A stretch of 64,000 nucleotides of DNA from Histomonas meleagridis 2922-C6/04-290x (taxonomy: Eukaryota > Protista > Parabasalia): the NCBI GenBank assembly GCA_020184695.1, contig JAANOX010000071.1, positions 1-64,000 of the forward strand. Reading direction: 5' to 3'. Of the stretch, positions 39,092-49,406 are shown one piece after another. Position 1 is the stretch's first letter, and every line of letters begins with the position of its first letter. A program made the position numbers and the translations under genes. The notes beneath the pieces were generated by a model. The model worked only from the letters and a program-made list of their open reading frames with translations. It did not search any database and was not told the origin of the DNA.

Positions 39092-40291
39092 CTATGCAGT
39101 TAATTTTGCTTGCTTTATCAAGTTTTGCCATTGGGAAGCCAGGACAAAATTTTGGAACGATATCAGATACGATGTCTTTGTGCTTCCGATTGTTATTTTG
39201 ATTACATTTTCTTTATCCGCTTCGGACTTCGACAGCGTCAAGTTTTCGATATCAGAGCATTGCACTGCGACTCCGTCTTTTAGTAAACTATTACTCGAGC
39301 GCGACCAGAACAAAATCGATGCCTCTTCGACAAGCCTAAGCTCGATGTTTTCTTCCCATTTCTTCGATCTAATGGACATAGTCTTGTTCTTTATGATGGA
39401 AACTTGCGCCTTGTGGACATCATAACGCGAAACGTTTTGTTTCGCTGCGCGCGTGGACTGTATCGTGGACTCGCTCCTACCGTATGTGCCTTGCGCCTTC
39501 TTAAGTCGCGAAATGACTCTTTCTGATACTAAGTTTCCGACTTTTAATAATTCGTATTTCTCTCTTGGAGAAGCTTTGATGACGTCTAATAGGAATTTGG
39601 ACGATTCGTCAGTGTCCATACACTTAATAAGTGCAGACGCATTGAAGCGAAGTGCTTTAGTGGCAAATGGATTATCAATTAATTTGATTATGATCTTGGT
39701 CCAAAGTGCTAAATAAAAGTTGGAGATGTTGGGATTGAGAATTGAGATGGGTGAGGCGATTTTCATAAGACTTTGTGCATCAAATTCTTCGGCTATTGTG
39801 GCAACTTGATCAAATTTGTTAACTAGAATTTGAATTAAGGATGAAAATGAGAGGTACCCTACAAGGCTATGATCTGTAATGGATAATATTATCTCTTTGT
39901 TGATATTAAGGTACTTATTTGAATTATTTATTATCGCTTGAGTAAGAACTGATAAATGTGGGTAGAAAGATTCAACAGCATATGGAAGGGTAATTGATGT
40001 GTGTGTAATAATTTTGGATATTTCGACTAATTGAATAAAGATTCCTTGTAACATATCTGGTTTTGCATTAACAGCATTAGCTAATGCGAACAAGATGGCC
40101 GATGTAGTTCCCCACTCAGGCTCTGGCGAAGAACAAAGTGCGAAAATTACCAGATTAAGATCATTAAGTTTCTCTAATATTTTTTCTGGGTGAATAAAAG
40201 AATGTGCAACGAAAGAGTTTGCTGCGTGGTACCTCACGTTGTCATCGGAAGACATTAACTGCTCCAAAACTTCTTCGCTCGGCGTTGGCAT
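39092..40291 (-). CDS. HEAT/ARM-like protein with probable C-terminal PH-like domain
   Basis: N-terminal EQLMSSDDNVRYHAANSF helical repeats; C-terminal beta-rich segment ending ASQWQNLIKQAK. Likely ATG at 40291. Confidence 0.6.
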   Translation of the reverse strand: MPTPSEEVLEQLMSSDDNVRYHAANSFVAHSFIHPEKILEKLNDLNLVIFALCSSPEPEWGTTSAILFALANAVNAKPDMLQGIFIQLVEISKIITHTSITLPYAVESFYPHLSVLTQAIINNSNKYLNINKEIILSITDHSLVGYLSFSSLIQILVNKFDQVATIAEEFDAQSLMKIASPISILNPNISNFYLALWTKIIIKLIDNPFATKALRFNASALIKCMDTDESSKFLLDVIKASPREKYELLKVGNLVSERVISRLKKAQGTYGRSESTIQSTRAAKQNVSRYDVHKAQVSIIKNKTMSIRSKKWEENIELRLVEEASILFWSRSSNSLLKDGVAVQCSDIENLTLSKSEADKENVIKITIGSTKTSYLISFQNFVLASQWQNLIKQAKLTA

Positions 40292-40396
40292 CAGTTTATT
40301 CACAGTGACTTTTTCAATACAAACATATTGTAAAGTTATCAAAAAACAAAAAAAATTTAAAAAAATTTGAAGTTAACATTTTAATTTTGTTCTTGT

Positions 40397-43300
40397 TCAT
40401 TCATCAATAAAATCATTTGAGTCATTTGAATTCGCTTCTTCTCTCTCTATTTCTAGTTTAAGTTTTGGATCGCTTCTCGAGCTGCTTCTGCGTCCGCTGC
40501 TTTGCTCTTCCTCATTATGTTTGCGACTTCTGGAGCTGTTCGTACTTCCGCTGCTTTGTTCCTCTTCTTCATTCTTTTGGCTTCGCGCACTACTTCTGCG
40601 TCCGCTACTTCGTTCTTCTTCTTCGTTCTTTTGGCTTCGCGCACTGTGTTTAGGTTCACTTTCGCCATCTTTCTCCAGTTTAATTTTCAGTCTTCGTCCA
40701 CTGCTTATCTCCTCTTCCTCGTTGTGCTTATCGCTTCTTGCGCTATTTTTATGTTCACTTTCTTCTTCTTCTTCTTCATGTTTTCCACTTCTCGCACTAC
40801 TTCTACGTCCGCTGTATTGTTCTTCTTCTTCGTTCTGCTTTCCGCTTCGCGCACTGTGTTTAGGTTCACTTTCGCCATCTTTCTCCAGTTTAATTTTCAG
40901 TCTTTTTCCGCTGCTTATCTCCTCTTCCTCACTGTGATTATCGCTTCTTGTGCTATGTTTATGTTCACTTTCATCCTCTTCATGTCTTTCAACTTTAATG
41001 CTCAGCTTCTGTTCGCTCTTTTGACTTCTGGAGCTATTTCTACCGCTACGTTCTTCTTCTTCTTCGTTATTCACCATTTTAATTTTCAGTCTACGTCCGC
41101 TGCTTTCTTCTTCCTCACTATGCCTTCCACTTCGTGCACTTTGTTCATGTTCACTTTCGTTTTCTTTCTCCACAACTTTTATTTGAAGTCTTCGTCCGCT
41201 GCTTATCTCCTCTTCTTCATTATGCTTATCGCTTCTTGCGCTGTGTTTATGTTCGCTTTCATCCTCTTCATGTTTTTCAAGTTTAATGCTCAGCTTCTGT
41301 TCGCTCTTTTGACTTCTGGAGCTATTTCTACCGCTACTTTCTTCTTCATTGTTTAGCTCTCGAGTCTTTGTGTTTGATTTGTCTGAGTGATGTTCTTCTT
41401 CTTCGTTATTCACCATTTTAATTTCCAGTCTTCTTCCGCTGCTTATCTCCTCTTCCTCGTTATGTCTTCCGCTTCTTGCACTGCTTCTACGTCCGCTACT
41501 TCGGTCTTCTTCTTCATTATGTCTTCCGCTTCTTGCGCTATGTTTATGTTCACTTTCATCCTCTTCATGTTTTTCAAGTTTAATGCTCAGCTTCTGTTGT
41601 TCTTCACTCTTTTGACTTCTTGAACTAAGTTTGCGTTCTTTAACTTGTTCTTCCTCTTCATTTCCTTGGCTGCTTTTGTTTTCTTTATCATCATCATCAT
41701 TCTTTTCTATTTTGATCTTAAGTTTCTGTTCATTTTCATCATTATCATTTTGTTGTTTTTCAATTTTCACTTTCAATTTTTGTTCATTTTCTTCTTCTTC
41801 GTTATTTATTTCACCTCTTTCTCTTACTTTCTGTTGTTCTTCTTCATCATTTCGTTCCACTTTCACATTAAGTTTCTGTTCATTATCATCAATTTGTTGT
41901 TCTTCATCTTCTGCACCTATCACAATTCTCTTTTTCTCTACTACGACTTCAGCTTCACCATTTAATGCAGCTTCGAATTCTTTTTCTATTTGTTCCTTAT
42001 CGAATTGTTTTTCTTGTTTCTTCAAAGCGTCTTCTTGTATTGCGCTTGCTCGTGCTTTTTCTCTCATTTTCTGTTCCTTAAGGAATTGGTCGTAATTTTT
42101 AACTCTTTTACTTTCTCTACTCATCATACCATTAAACAATGACTTTTCCATATTTGTAATATTTCTTAAAGGTTCATTAACTTCTAATAACGTTGCAGTA
42201 CCATTTGAATCGCCAACCATTAACATATTACCCAAATTATCCATTCGCATTGCATAGATTGGATAATTTCCAACAGATATAGAACAAATTGGTTCCTTTA
42301 AGCTTTGTATTAAGTCCCACGCTTCGATTTTTCCCGATTTATTCGCAATATATATAACTGTAGTTCGTGATAATCCCCAAATAGCATTCGTCAAATAATT
42401 CGGATGTGAAGGCAAGTTAATTAATGGCGTTTTGTTATCTTCCGTATAAAACTTACAACTCCAATCGGAAATAGTACAAAAATATTTCGTTTCAATTGGA
42501 TGTCGACATACTGAATATATCGGTCCATAATGTCCTGGAAATATATTCGAAATACGATTGTTCGGATCAGATGACTTACGATTAATAGTTAAAACTAACC
42601 CTTCAATGGTCCCAACCATATATTTGGTGGGAACACCTGTGTGATAATCAATACAACGACCTCCAAATGGACCTTGATAACCTTTCGGTATCATTTCTTG
42701 TGATGGTAATAATGTTATTGTCTCTAATGGTTCATACGTCGATCGCGTGTCCCATGTCATAGTGGTTCCATCAGATGAGACAGAAACACATTCAAAGGCG
42801 GTCTTGGAATTGATCCATTTAACACTGTTGACAATGTCGCGATGCGACTTTTCAATGGCGCTCGTCCAAATTGGTAATGAGCCTTGACGCAAATCCCATA
42901 AACATAATGTCCCATGTGACATTCCACTGACTAAGATGTTGTTATCTTTACTGTTGTACTCTAAACATGTGATTGGTGATGATGGATGAAGTTCATATTC
43001 GGGTAAACTTGGACATTCTAAATTATAAATAAATGATTCATAATGCGTGGAAGAAGATGATAAATCGGTGGGGGTATAACATATGGCTATGCGCTTGTCA
43101 CTGGACCATGATATCGTGGAGATTTGTCGTGATGGAAATCGATCTCGAAATATATTTATGGTCTTGATTTGTGGATCTATAACAGTGGTGGTCTTATCAC
43201 TGGTTGAAAAATGATCGGAATATAGATCTATTGATTGATTTAATTTAACAGTGTTTTCCGCTGTTATGGACATATCACGAAGTTTGGAAACATATCCATC

Positions 43301-43624
43301 ACGTTTTTCAAACTTTTGACGTGTTTGTTTACAGGATGTGGCATTCGTGGAATCAACTCCTTGAGGCCATCCACCTTCTTTATGATAAACATCTTTGGAT
43401 TCAATCTTTGTAATTTCTGTGTTGACTGAATGACATGAATATGGGATGGATGCTTGAATCCCTATTCCAAATGGATTAATCGCTTCATATTTTGATCGAA
43501 GTTCAGGATCGGGTTCAATGCTTAAAAATAAACGAGCATTTGTTTCTTCTAATATGTTTGTCGGACGACCAAAATCTGTTCTTCTTGTTTTATAATGATA
43601 GCTGAGATCAATTGTGGATGCCAT
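40397..43624 (-). CDS. Axonemal dynein intermediate chain (DNAI2/IC2-like) with long charged repetitive C-terminal extension
   Basis: YHYKTRRTDFGRP, HKEGGWPQG, WD40 repeats (HRDIVNSVKWINSK, GHYGPIYSVCRHP, DWSCKF) and coiled coil MMSRESKRVK. Likely ATG at 43624. Confidence 0.85.
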   Translation of the reverse strand: MASTIDLSYHYKTRRTDFGRPTNILEETNARLFLSIEPDPELRSKYEAINPFGIGIQASIPYSCHSVNTEITKIESKDVYHKEGGWPQGVDSTNATSCKQTRQKFEKRDGYVSKLRDMSITAENTVKLNQSIDLYSDHFSTSDKTTTVIDPQIKTINIFRDRFPSRQISTISWSSDKRIAICYTPTDLSSSSTHYESFIYNLECPSLPEYELHPSSPITCLEYNSKDNNILVSGMSHGTLCLWDLRQGSLPIWTSAIEKSHRDIVNSVKWINSKTAFECVSVSSDGTTMTWDTRSTYEPLETITLLPSQEMIPKGYQGPFGGRCIDYHTGVPTKYMVGTIEGLVLTINRKSSDPNNRISNIFPGHYGPIYSVCRHPIETKYFCTISDWSCKFYTEDNKTPLINLPSHPNYLTNAIWGLSRTTVIYIANKSGKIEAWDLIQSLKEPICSISVGNYPIYAMRMDNLGNMLMVGDSNGTATLLEVNEPLRNITNMEKSLFNGMMSRESKRVKNYDQFLKEQKMREKARASAIQEDALKKQEKQFDKEQIEKEFEAALNGEAEVVVEKKRIVIGAEDEEQQIDDNEQKLNVKVERNDEEEQQKVRERGEINNEEEENEQKLKVKIEKQQNDNDENEQKLKIKIEKNDDDDKENKSSQGNEEEEQVKERKLSSRSQKSEEQQKLSIKLEKHEEDESEHKHSARSGRHNEEEDRSSGRRSSARSGRHNEEEEISSGRRLEIKMVNNEEEEHHSDKSNTKTRELNNEEESSGRNSSRSQKSEQKLSIKLEKHEEDESEHKHSARSDKHNEEEEISSGRRLQIKVVEKENESEHEQSARSGRHSEEEESSGRRLKIKMVNNEEEEERSGRNSSRSQKSEQKLSIKVERHEEDESEHKHSTRSDNHSEEEEISSGKRLKIKLEKDGESEPKHSARSGKQNEEEEQYSGRRSSARSGKHEEEEEESEHKNSARSDKHNEEEEISSGRRLKIKLEKDGESEPKHSARSQKNEEEERSSGRRSSARSQKNEEEEQSSGSTNSSRSRKHNEEEQSSGRRSSSRSDPKLKLEIEREEANSNDSNDFIDE
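40420..41700 (-). repeat. Coding mosaic repeat of charged modules
   Basis: Recurring HSARSGxHNEEEE, SSGRRL(K/E/Q)IK, QKLSIKLEKHEEDESEHK and SSRSQKSEQ modules. Confidence 0.85.
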
Positions 43625-43777
43625 TGGTGAATAACGAATTTGGCGGTTATTCAAAATTTTAACAGAATCTGTTAATTATTGTCGAAGTTTACAAAAAGTA
43701 ACAAAAAACGTTTAAATGAATGTGTTTTTTACATCACATGTCAAATGTAACAAAAATTTGCGAATTTTAGCTTTCCA

Positions 43778-44392
43778 ATGGTGATACGCTTGGTGCAAAT
43801 AGTCCAATGAAGTGTCTTATTACAGATATATGAAACTCTTTGTGGTAACTACCAGCAATTTGTTTTAAATTTTTTCTGTCAAGAAGAAACTATAATGACC
43901 TTTGTCAGAGCTTCAATTCTTCTGATGATGAGCTCATCTCATAATCTTTTTATCACAACAGCAAATGCCATCAAGAGCGCCAAATCAAATTTTTCAATGC
44001 TTGAAAAATATGTTATGTTATTTCAGGGTAAATTATCAACAATGTTTTGCGATGAAGCTCCTTGGAAAGAAAACTTTTTACAGTTACTTAATTCCTTCCC
44101 TATCATTGAAGGAACCATTGGCTTCTTATTAGACGTATTCAATGTTTGGAGCTTGCTAAGAACTCTCTTCTTCGCGTTTTGTTCGATTTTGTCAAACTAA
44201 ATGCAGTCGAATTATCAAAATTTTATGCGACACTTTCAACATTTTGTGCAAAAAATAGCATCAGTTAAAGGAAAGAAAAGACAAGTGGCTGAGTTTAACA
44301 GATGTAATGGAGCGGAAGCAATTAATGGTGTTGATGGAAAAGATCAATTTCTCCAAATTTGCCAATTTTATAATATAAATGTAAAAAACTAA
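43778..44392 (+). pseudogene. Unassigned ~205-codon frame with two in-frame stops
   Basis: ATG 43778, TGA 43808-43810, ORF 43895-44200 and ORF 44201-44392 are all in one frame; no recognisable domain. Confidence 0.25.
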
Positions 44393-44685
44393 AAATTTTA
44401 ATTTAATTGATTTTTTTATATAAAAATTTTCTTTGCTCTCAATATATATAATTTATGTTGGAAAATCAACGAATGTATTATCATTGAACCCATAGCAGTT
44501 ATTTAAATAAAAGCAATTGCTACCAATATAGTTTCAAAATAATTTCAGAATTCCTATTACAAGAAAAAAAATTAATGATAATACTTATAAATTTATTCAT
44601 TAAATATTTATTTTTGAGTGTGTAATAAAACAAATAATCCGATCATTATAAATAGAAAAATAACAAACAATTTGAAATTGAGTTT

Positions 44686-46040
44686 ACAAAATAATATAAA
44701 TAATTTAAAAATGTTATTTCGAAACATAAAATTATTTTAATAAATCCAAAACAAAACATATAAATAATTTTAACTATTATATTAACTTCTTTATGTTCAG
44801 AGAATAATTTAACTATTTCTATATGACCTCTTTGAGATGCATAAATAAGTGCTGTATCAAATCATTTAAATAATTTCCAAATAATAATTTGAAATTTTAA
44901 ATCGTTGACATAAAATTCAAATAAAACAAATATATATTTTTAACATTAATATCAATTTTTTTTTTTTTGTTCAAGAAGTAATTTAACTATTTCTATACAA
45001 CCTTTTGAAGATGCTAAAATAAGTGCTGTACTAAATAATTTAAATATTTTCCAAATATTATTTTGAGATATTAAATAATTAAAATAAAAATTATCTTTAG
45101 CATTAATTTCAATTCCTTTTTGTTCCAAAACATATATAACAAGTTCAAGATTTCCTGATTTGGAAGCAAGAACTAAAGTATCTTTGGGCACATACAAATA
45201 TAATTCATTTAGAAAGTGCTTTAAAAGAAATATATTTCCAATAATCACCGATTTTTTAATGATAGATTCATTAATTTTCATACCATTTTCTTGTAAAAAT
45301 AAAAATATTTCATAATTATGATGTAAAATACATTTCTCACCTAATTCTTCTAAATTATTAATTCTACCAATTTTATTTTCATAAAGATAATGAAAAATAT
45401 CATTTTAATGAAATTCAATTGCTACTTCATATGATCCATGAAATGAAGAATGATTTTGTTCACATAAATGGATGATTTCAAGATTTCCACCTTCAACTGC
45501 ATATTTACCTGTATTCCGAATATAAGAATTATTTAGTAATAAATATTTAAAACATTTAACTGAACCAAAAAATGCTGCAAATTCAATTAATCTAACATTA
45601 TTTTGGTTAATAAATGAATATCTTTCATAAGGCGATCTTTTAATTTTTTGATTAAAATCAAAATCATTTTGTGATGATATTTCTTGAAGTTTTTCTATTT
45701 CATCATTTCGAATTATTTTTGCGATATCATTAGGATTAATTCCTTCTCTAATTAATTTTTTATGAAGAAAACCTACAAATACATCGAAAATTTTTGATTT
45801 ACTTTTATTATTCTCCTCGAATGTTTCAATTTCTTTGATAAAATCCATATATATTTTGGTATCATTCATTAATTTAATGGAGAATTCATATATCATCTGA
45901 CTAATAATTAGATTTAAAGAAAAAGAGAATTTTTCATCAAATTTATTGATTATTAAATATGCTGATTGCTTAATATTTTCGTTACATAAACCAAAAATTA
46001 TTTGTTTCAATGAAATAAGTTTTTCAATTTCATCAAACAT
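44686..46040 (-). pseudogene. DUF3447-type ankyrin gene with one in-frame TAA and intron-like inserts
   Basis: ORFs 45405-46040 and 44952-45281 are in frame across TAA 45405-45407 at a conserved Gln (FHQND). Inserts at 45038-45094 (57 nt) and 44864-44937 (74 nt); A-run frameshift near 44960; degenerate end. Confidence 0.7.
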
Positions 46041-46115
46041 TCAACCAACCAATTTTTCACTGTCTTCAATAGAAGAACTTTATTTGCTATAGTAAAATTT
46101 TTTTTATTAATCTGT

Positions 46116-46516
46116 TTAAACATGAAAATTATTTACACTTTCGTTGTTGTTCTACTATTAAAACATGAAAACTGTATACATTTTCGTTCTAATATTTAAA
46201 CAGAAAATTATTTACATTTTAATTGTTGTTCTACTATTTAAACAGAAAATTATTTACACTTTCGTTCTACTATTAAAACAGAAAATTATTTACACTTTCG
46301 TTCTACTATTAAAACAGAAAATTATTTACACTTTCGTTCTACTATTAAAACAGAAAATTATTTACACTTTCGTTCTACTATTAAAACAGAAAATTATTTA
46401 CACTTTCGTTCTACTATTAAAACAGAAAATTATTTACACTTTCGTTCTACTATTAAAACAGAAAATTATTTACACTTTCGTTCTACTATTTAAACAGAAA
46501 ATTATTTACATTTTAA
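46116..46516 (+). repeat. 36-bp intergenic minisatellite
   Basis: Unit TTCGTTCTACTATTAAAACAGAAAATTATTTACACT; 7 near-perfect copies from 46261 plus about 4 degenerate copies upstream; no spacers. Confidence 0.92.
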
Positions 46517-46529
46517 AATGAATTTCATT

Positions 46530-48692
46530 TTATTCATTAAAGAGCCCAAGCCAAAAGTCTTTGAACTGCTCCGCCAATGAGTCTGTCTCCGCCTTGATTG
46601 TGAACGACATTTCTCCTCCTTTCTCTACGCATTCGATGAGCACCAAATTTCCTTCGATGTATCCGTACGCGAACACCTTCGATCCGCCGTCCTCAGTTGC
46701 GCCCGACGCCATCACTCCGACGTTCGCTGCCACGAGGGCGTCAACGAACGAAGACAAGTCGAGCTCGAAGCCGAGGCTGACGGAGTCCTCGATGATGTGC
46801 ACCTCCGAGCTCGTCCACACGGCCTGGAAGTCCTCCGGCGATATCTCTTCGAAGTCCTCGAGGCGATGCTCCGGTTGGTCCTCTTCTTCCTCTTCGTCGA
46901 TTTCGAGGTCGAGTTCTTCTTGTCCTTTGTCCCAATCTGCTTGTGGCTGCTCGTATATGACTGAAAATGTATTAAATTCATCGAATATCATATCTGTGTT
47001 TTCGGCATCAGCGTCTTCAACAAATGGTTCCATGCTTTGCTTGGAAGTCATTAATGCTGCGCGTGCTGCTTCTAAATCGGTCTTGAATAAGTTGTATAAG
47101 AATAATGCGCGTGATTTAACGCCGGGATGATTATCTTTGACACCTAATGAAAGAGCTTGCGCTAATACAGGTCGTGATTCACCAGGTGTAATAAAGAATA
47201 ATTTGGCTAAGGCTGTCATTAAACAAATCTTCATCATGGATTGTTCATCATGTGCTGAATTATCGTCACTTTTTGTATCGGCCGGGGCGCCCCACGAGCG
47301 TAACATGAGGTGCTCCAAACAGTAGACACTGTCGGGCAAACGGTCGCCATATTCACCGAGGATCCATGCATACGAACCAAGGGCTGGGCCTGAGAGTTCG
47401 TTGGGTGGCTCTGCTGGAAGTAAAGATATGAATTCTGGAAGTGATAGAGGAAGTCTTCTCATTAAATCGGGTAAAATAATGAGACATTGATTGATGAGAT
47501 TATGACGCTTCATATCAAAGAAAAGACGCATCTTGGAAATAATGAACTGTACTGAGGATGGAAGACGAAGTGCTAAGTCACGCATAAGTTTGATGGCATA
47601 TTCAATTGTTAATGGTTTTTCAAGAAGAACATAACGAGCTGTGGTATCAACAACTTCTCGAGCGTAAATGTCATCTGTTATAACTTCAAGAAGTTCAAAC
47701 TTAGCGCGGGCAACTGTTGGATCATCTGAAAAATTGACATAGAAATGTGGAATATGTGGCTTGAAAACAGTTGGGAAGCGCTTTGCAAGAACTATTAAGT
47801 GTTTGAGAAGGCAAAATTGAAGTTCTGGTGAAGCTGAATGTATTTGTGTGATGAATTTTGGTAAGGCACGTCCAACAACTTGACGTTGAAGATCGCCACG
47901 TTCATTTGTAAGTGTGATAAGAATCTTTGCAGCAGCAGTAAGAACGGCAGCTGCAGATGATGTTAAGAATTGATCAATGATGTTCATAAGGTCATATCGT
48001 TCTTTGTCTGAGGACGGAACATATTGAGAAATAACTTGCATAGCTTCTGATTGTGCCCATTCACTGAATTTTGGTAATGAATTGACAAGATGATGAATAA
48101 GACTAACATCGAAAGCAATACCACCATCGTCCTTAAGAATGTCAGCAAGAGCAAAGAGAGAGTTACAAATGATTTGTGGATCACGATCACGAAGTAATTC
48201 ATATAAACGATTAACAATACCTTTTTCTTCGATTGCTGAATGCATAACACGATTTAAGTGTATTGTGGCAAGAACAGCCATTCTTCTTACGTATGGATTT
48301 GTATCTGCAAGACCAAGAGCAACAATTTTTGGAAGTTCATCTTGCATTGTTGTGATTTCAATATCACAGATTGCACGAAGAGCCATACCACGAACAATTG
48401 GATTATCACTAGCACAATCTTTTAAGAGTGTGTTTGTAATGAGAATTGATGTATTTGGATCTTTGCGTGCAATACTTGTCATAATAGTGTAAACCATACG
48501 CTTGCATGGAATATCATGTGTTTCAGAAGCCATAATAATAACTCCTAAGAGAGGAGATACATCAACACCCCATGTAAGTTGATTAAGAAGATCTTGAAGA
48601 CCTGCGCGAACAGCAATTGGGTCAAACTTGGCTAACGCCTTATCAAGATCAGCTTGTGCCCATTGAAGGTTATATGGAAGCTGAGATGACAT
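46530..48692 (-). CDS. Adaptor-complex beta subunit (beta-adaptin, AP-4 beta-like architecture)
   Basis: Adaptin_N motifs (KRMVY, DNPIVRGMALR, DTNPYVRRMAV, KSRALFLYNL) and a single C-terminal appendage (ISPEDFQAVW). Confidence 0.88.
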   Translation of the reverse strand: MSSQLPYNLQWAQADLDKALAKFDPIAVRAGLQDLLNQLTWGVDVSPLLGVIIMASETHDIPCKRMVYTIMTSIARKDPNTSILITNTLLKDCASDNPIVRGMALRAICDIEITTMQDELPKIVALGLADTNPYVRRMAVLATIHLNRVMHSAIEEKGIVNRLYELLRDRDPQIICNSLFALADILKDDGGIAFDVSLIHHLVNSLPKFSEWAQSEAMQVISQYVPSSDKERYDLMNIIDQFLTSSAAAVLTAAAKILITLTNERGDLQRQVVGRALPKFITQIHSASPELQFCLLKHLIVLAKRFPTVFKPHIPHFYVNFSDDPTVARAKFELLEVITDDIYAREVVDTTARYVLLEKPLTIEYAIKLMRDLALRLPSSVQFIISKMRLFFDMKRHNLINQCLIILPDLMRRLPLSLPEFISLLPAEPPNELSGPALGSYAWILGEYGDRLPDSVYCLEHLMLRSWGAPADTKSDDNSAHDEQSMMKICLMTALAKLFFITPGESRPVLAQALSLGVKDNHPGVKSRALFLYNLFKTDLEAARAALMTSKQSMEPFVEDADAENTDMIFDEFNTFSVIYEQPQADWDKGQEELDLEIDEEEEEDQPEHRLEDFEEISPEDFQAVWTSSEVHIIEDSVSLGFELDLSSFVDALVAANVGVMASGATEDGGSKVFAYGYIEGNLVLIECVEKGGEMSFTIKAETDSLAEQFKDFWLGLFNE

Positions 48693-48698
48693 CCAAAT

Positions 48699-48706
48699 GT
48701 CACTTT
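48699..48706 (-). promoter_or_regulatory. AAAGTGAC (M2-like) element 6 nt upstream of the beta-adaptin ATG
   Basis: GTCACTTT on the plus strand directly upstream of the CAT at 48690-48692. Confidence 0.5.
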
Positions 48707-48825
48707 TTGCGATCCGACGACGATCCGTAACGGTTTTTGCTGATCAACGATAGTTAAACGGATTCTATGTTATCTTGTTAGATATATTGGAAAAATTTTA
48801 TTAAGAAATGATAAAACACATTTTA

Positions 48826-49254
48826 TTAAACAGATTGTTGCTTCAAATAAATGAAAGCAGAAATAACGGATAATATAAGTTCTATGATTTCTATTGTCAT
48901 GCAAAATGCATTGAATATTAGTTCAAGCCGTAGTATATATGATTGGTAATAAACAAAGTAGAAATTACATGCAAGAATTGCAAATAAAGAAGAAATGGCA
49001 AAAAAGAATAAAGATGATGGTTCACATCTTGCAAGTGCATGTATACCTATTTGGTATTTCAAATATGTTGTAATTCCCCAAAAGATATAGTATGTGATTT
49101 CGAGTCCAAAATATGAACCAGCATAAGGAAGAGTAACCCTTTTGTAAATATACAGACAAACATTGATCACAAAGATCCAAAAAAACCACCATCTGCTAAT
49201 TTTCATGAGAAGACTGAGCCAGATTGCTGGGATACATGGTTTCTTCTCAATCAT
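48826..49254 (-). CDS. TMEM216/TMEM17-family ciliary transition-zone membrane protein
   Basis: Four TM helices with YKRVTLPY and YQSYILRLELIFN, matching family motifs (YKxxxLPY; QTYVLRLExIxN). Likely ATG at 49254. Confidence 0.75.
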   Translation of the reverse strand: MIEKKPCIPAIWLSLLMKISRWWFFWIFVINVCLYIYKRVTLPYAGSYFGLEITYYIFWGITTYLKYQIGIHALARCEPSSLFFFAISSLFAILACNFYFVYYQSYILRLELIFNAFCMTIEIIELILSVISAFIYLKQQSV

Positions 49255-49406
49255 TTCCTTTTGTACGTTTGGAGTATTTCGAAAAGTGGCGAAAAACGTT
49301 TTTTCAAAAAAATTGGAGAAAGAACCCCGGAATTCCTTTAAGCATTTTTTCACATTAAATAAAAACGATCCTCTTCCATTAGATGTAGATCCAGCAGCAA
49401 TCCATT

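Noticed and set aside
40453-42095. Multiple long antisense ORFs over the dynein tail (and over beta-adaptin 46561-47325 and PP2A-A)
   Set aside because: Shadow ORFs caused by repetitive or GC-rich sense-strand coding.
46116-46521. 36-bp repeat as a CRISPR array or as the 118-aa ORF
   Set aside because: Units are contiguous with no unique spacers, no cas genes are present, the context is eukaryotic, and the ORF is a by-product of a 3n unit.
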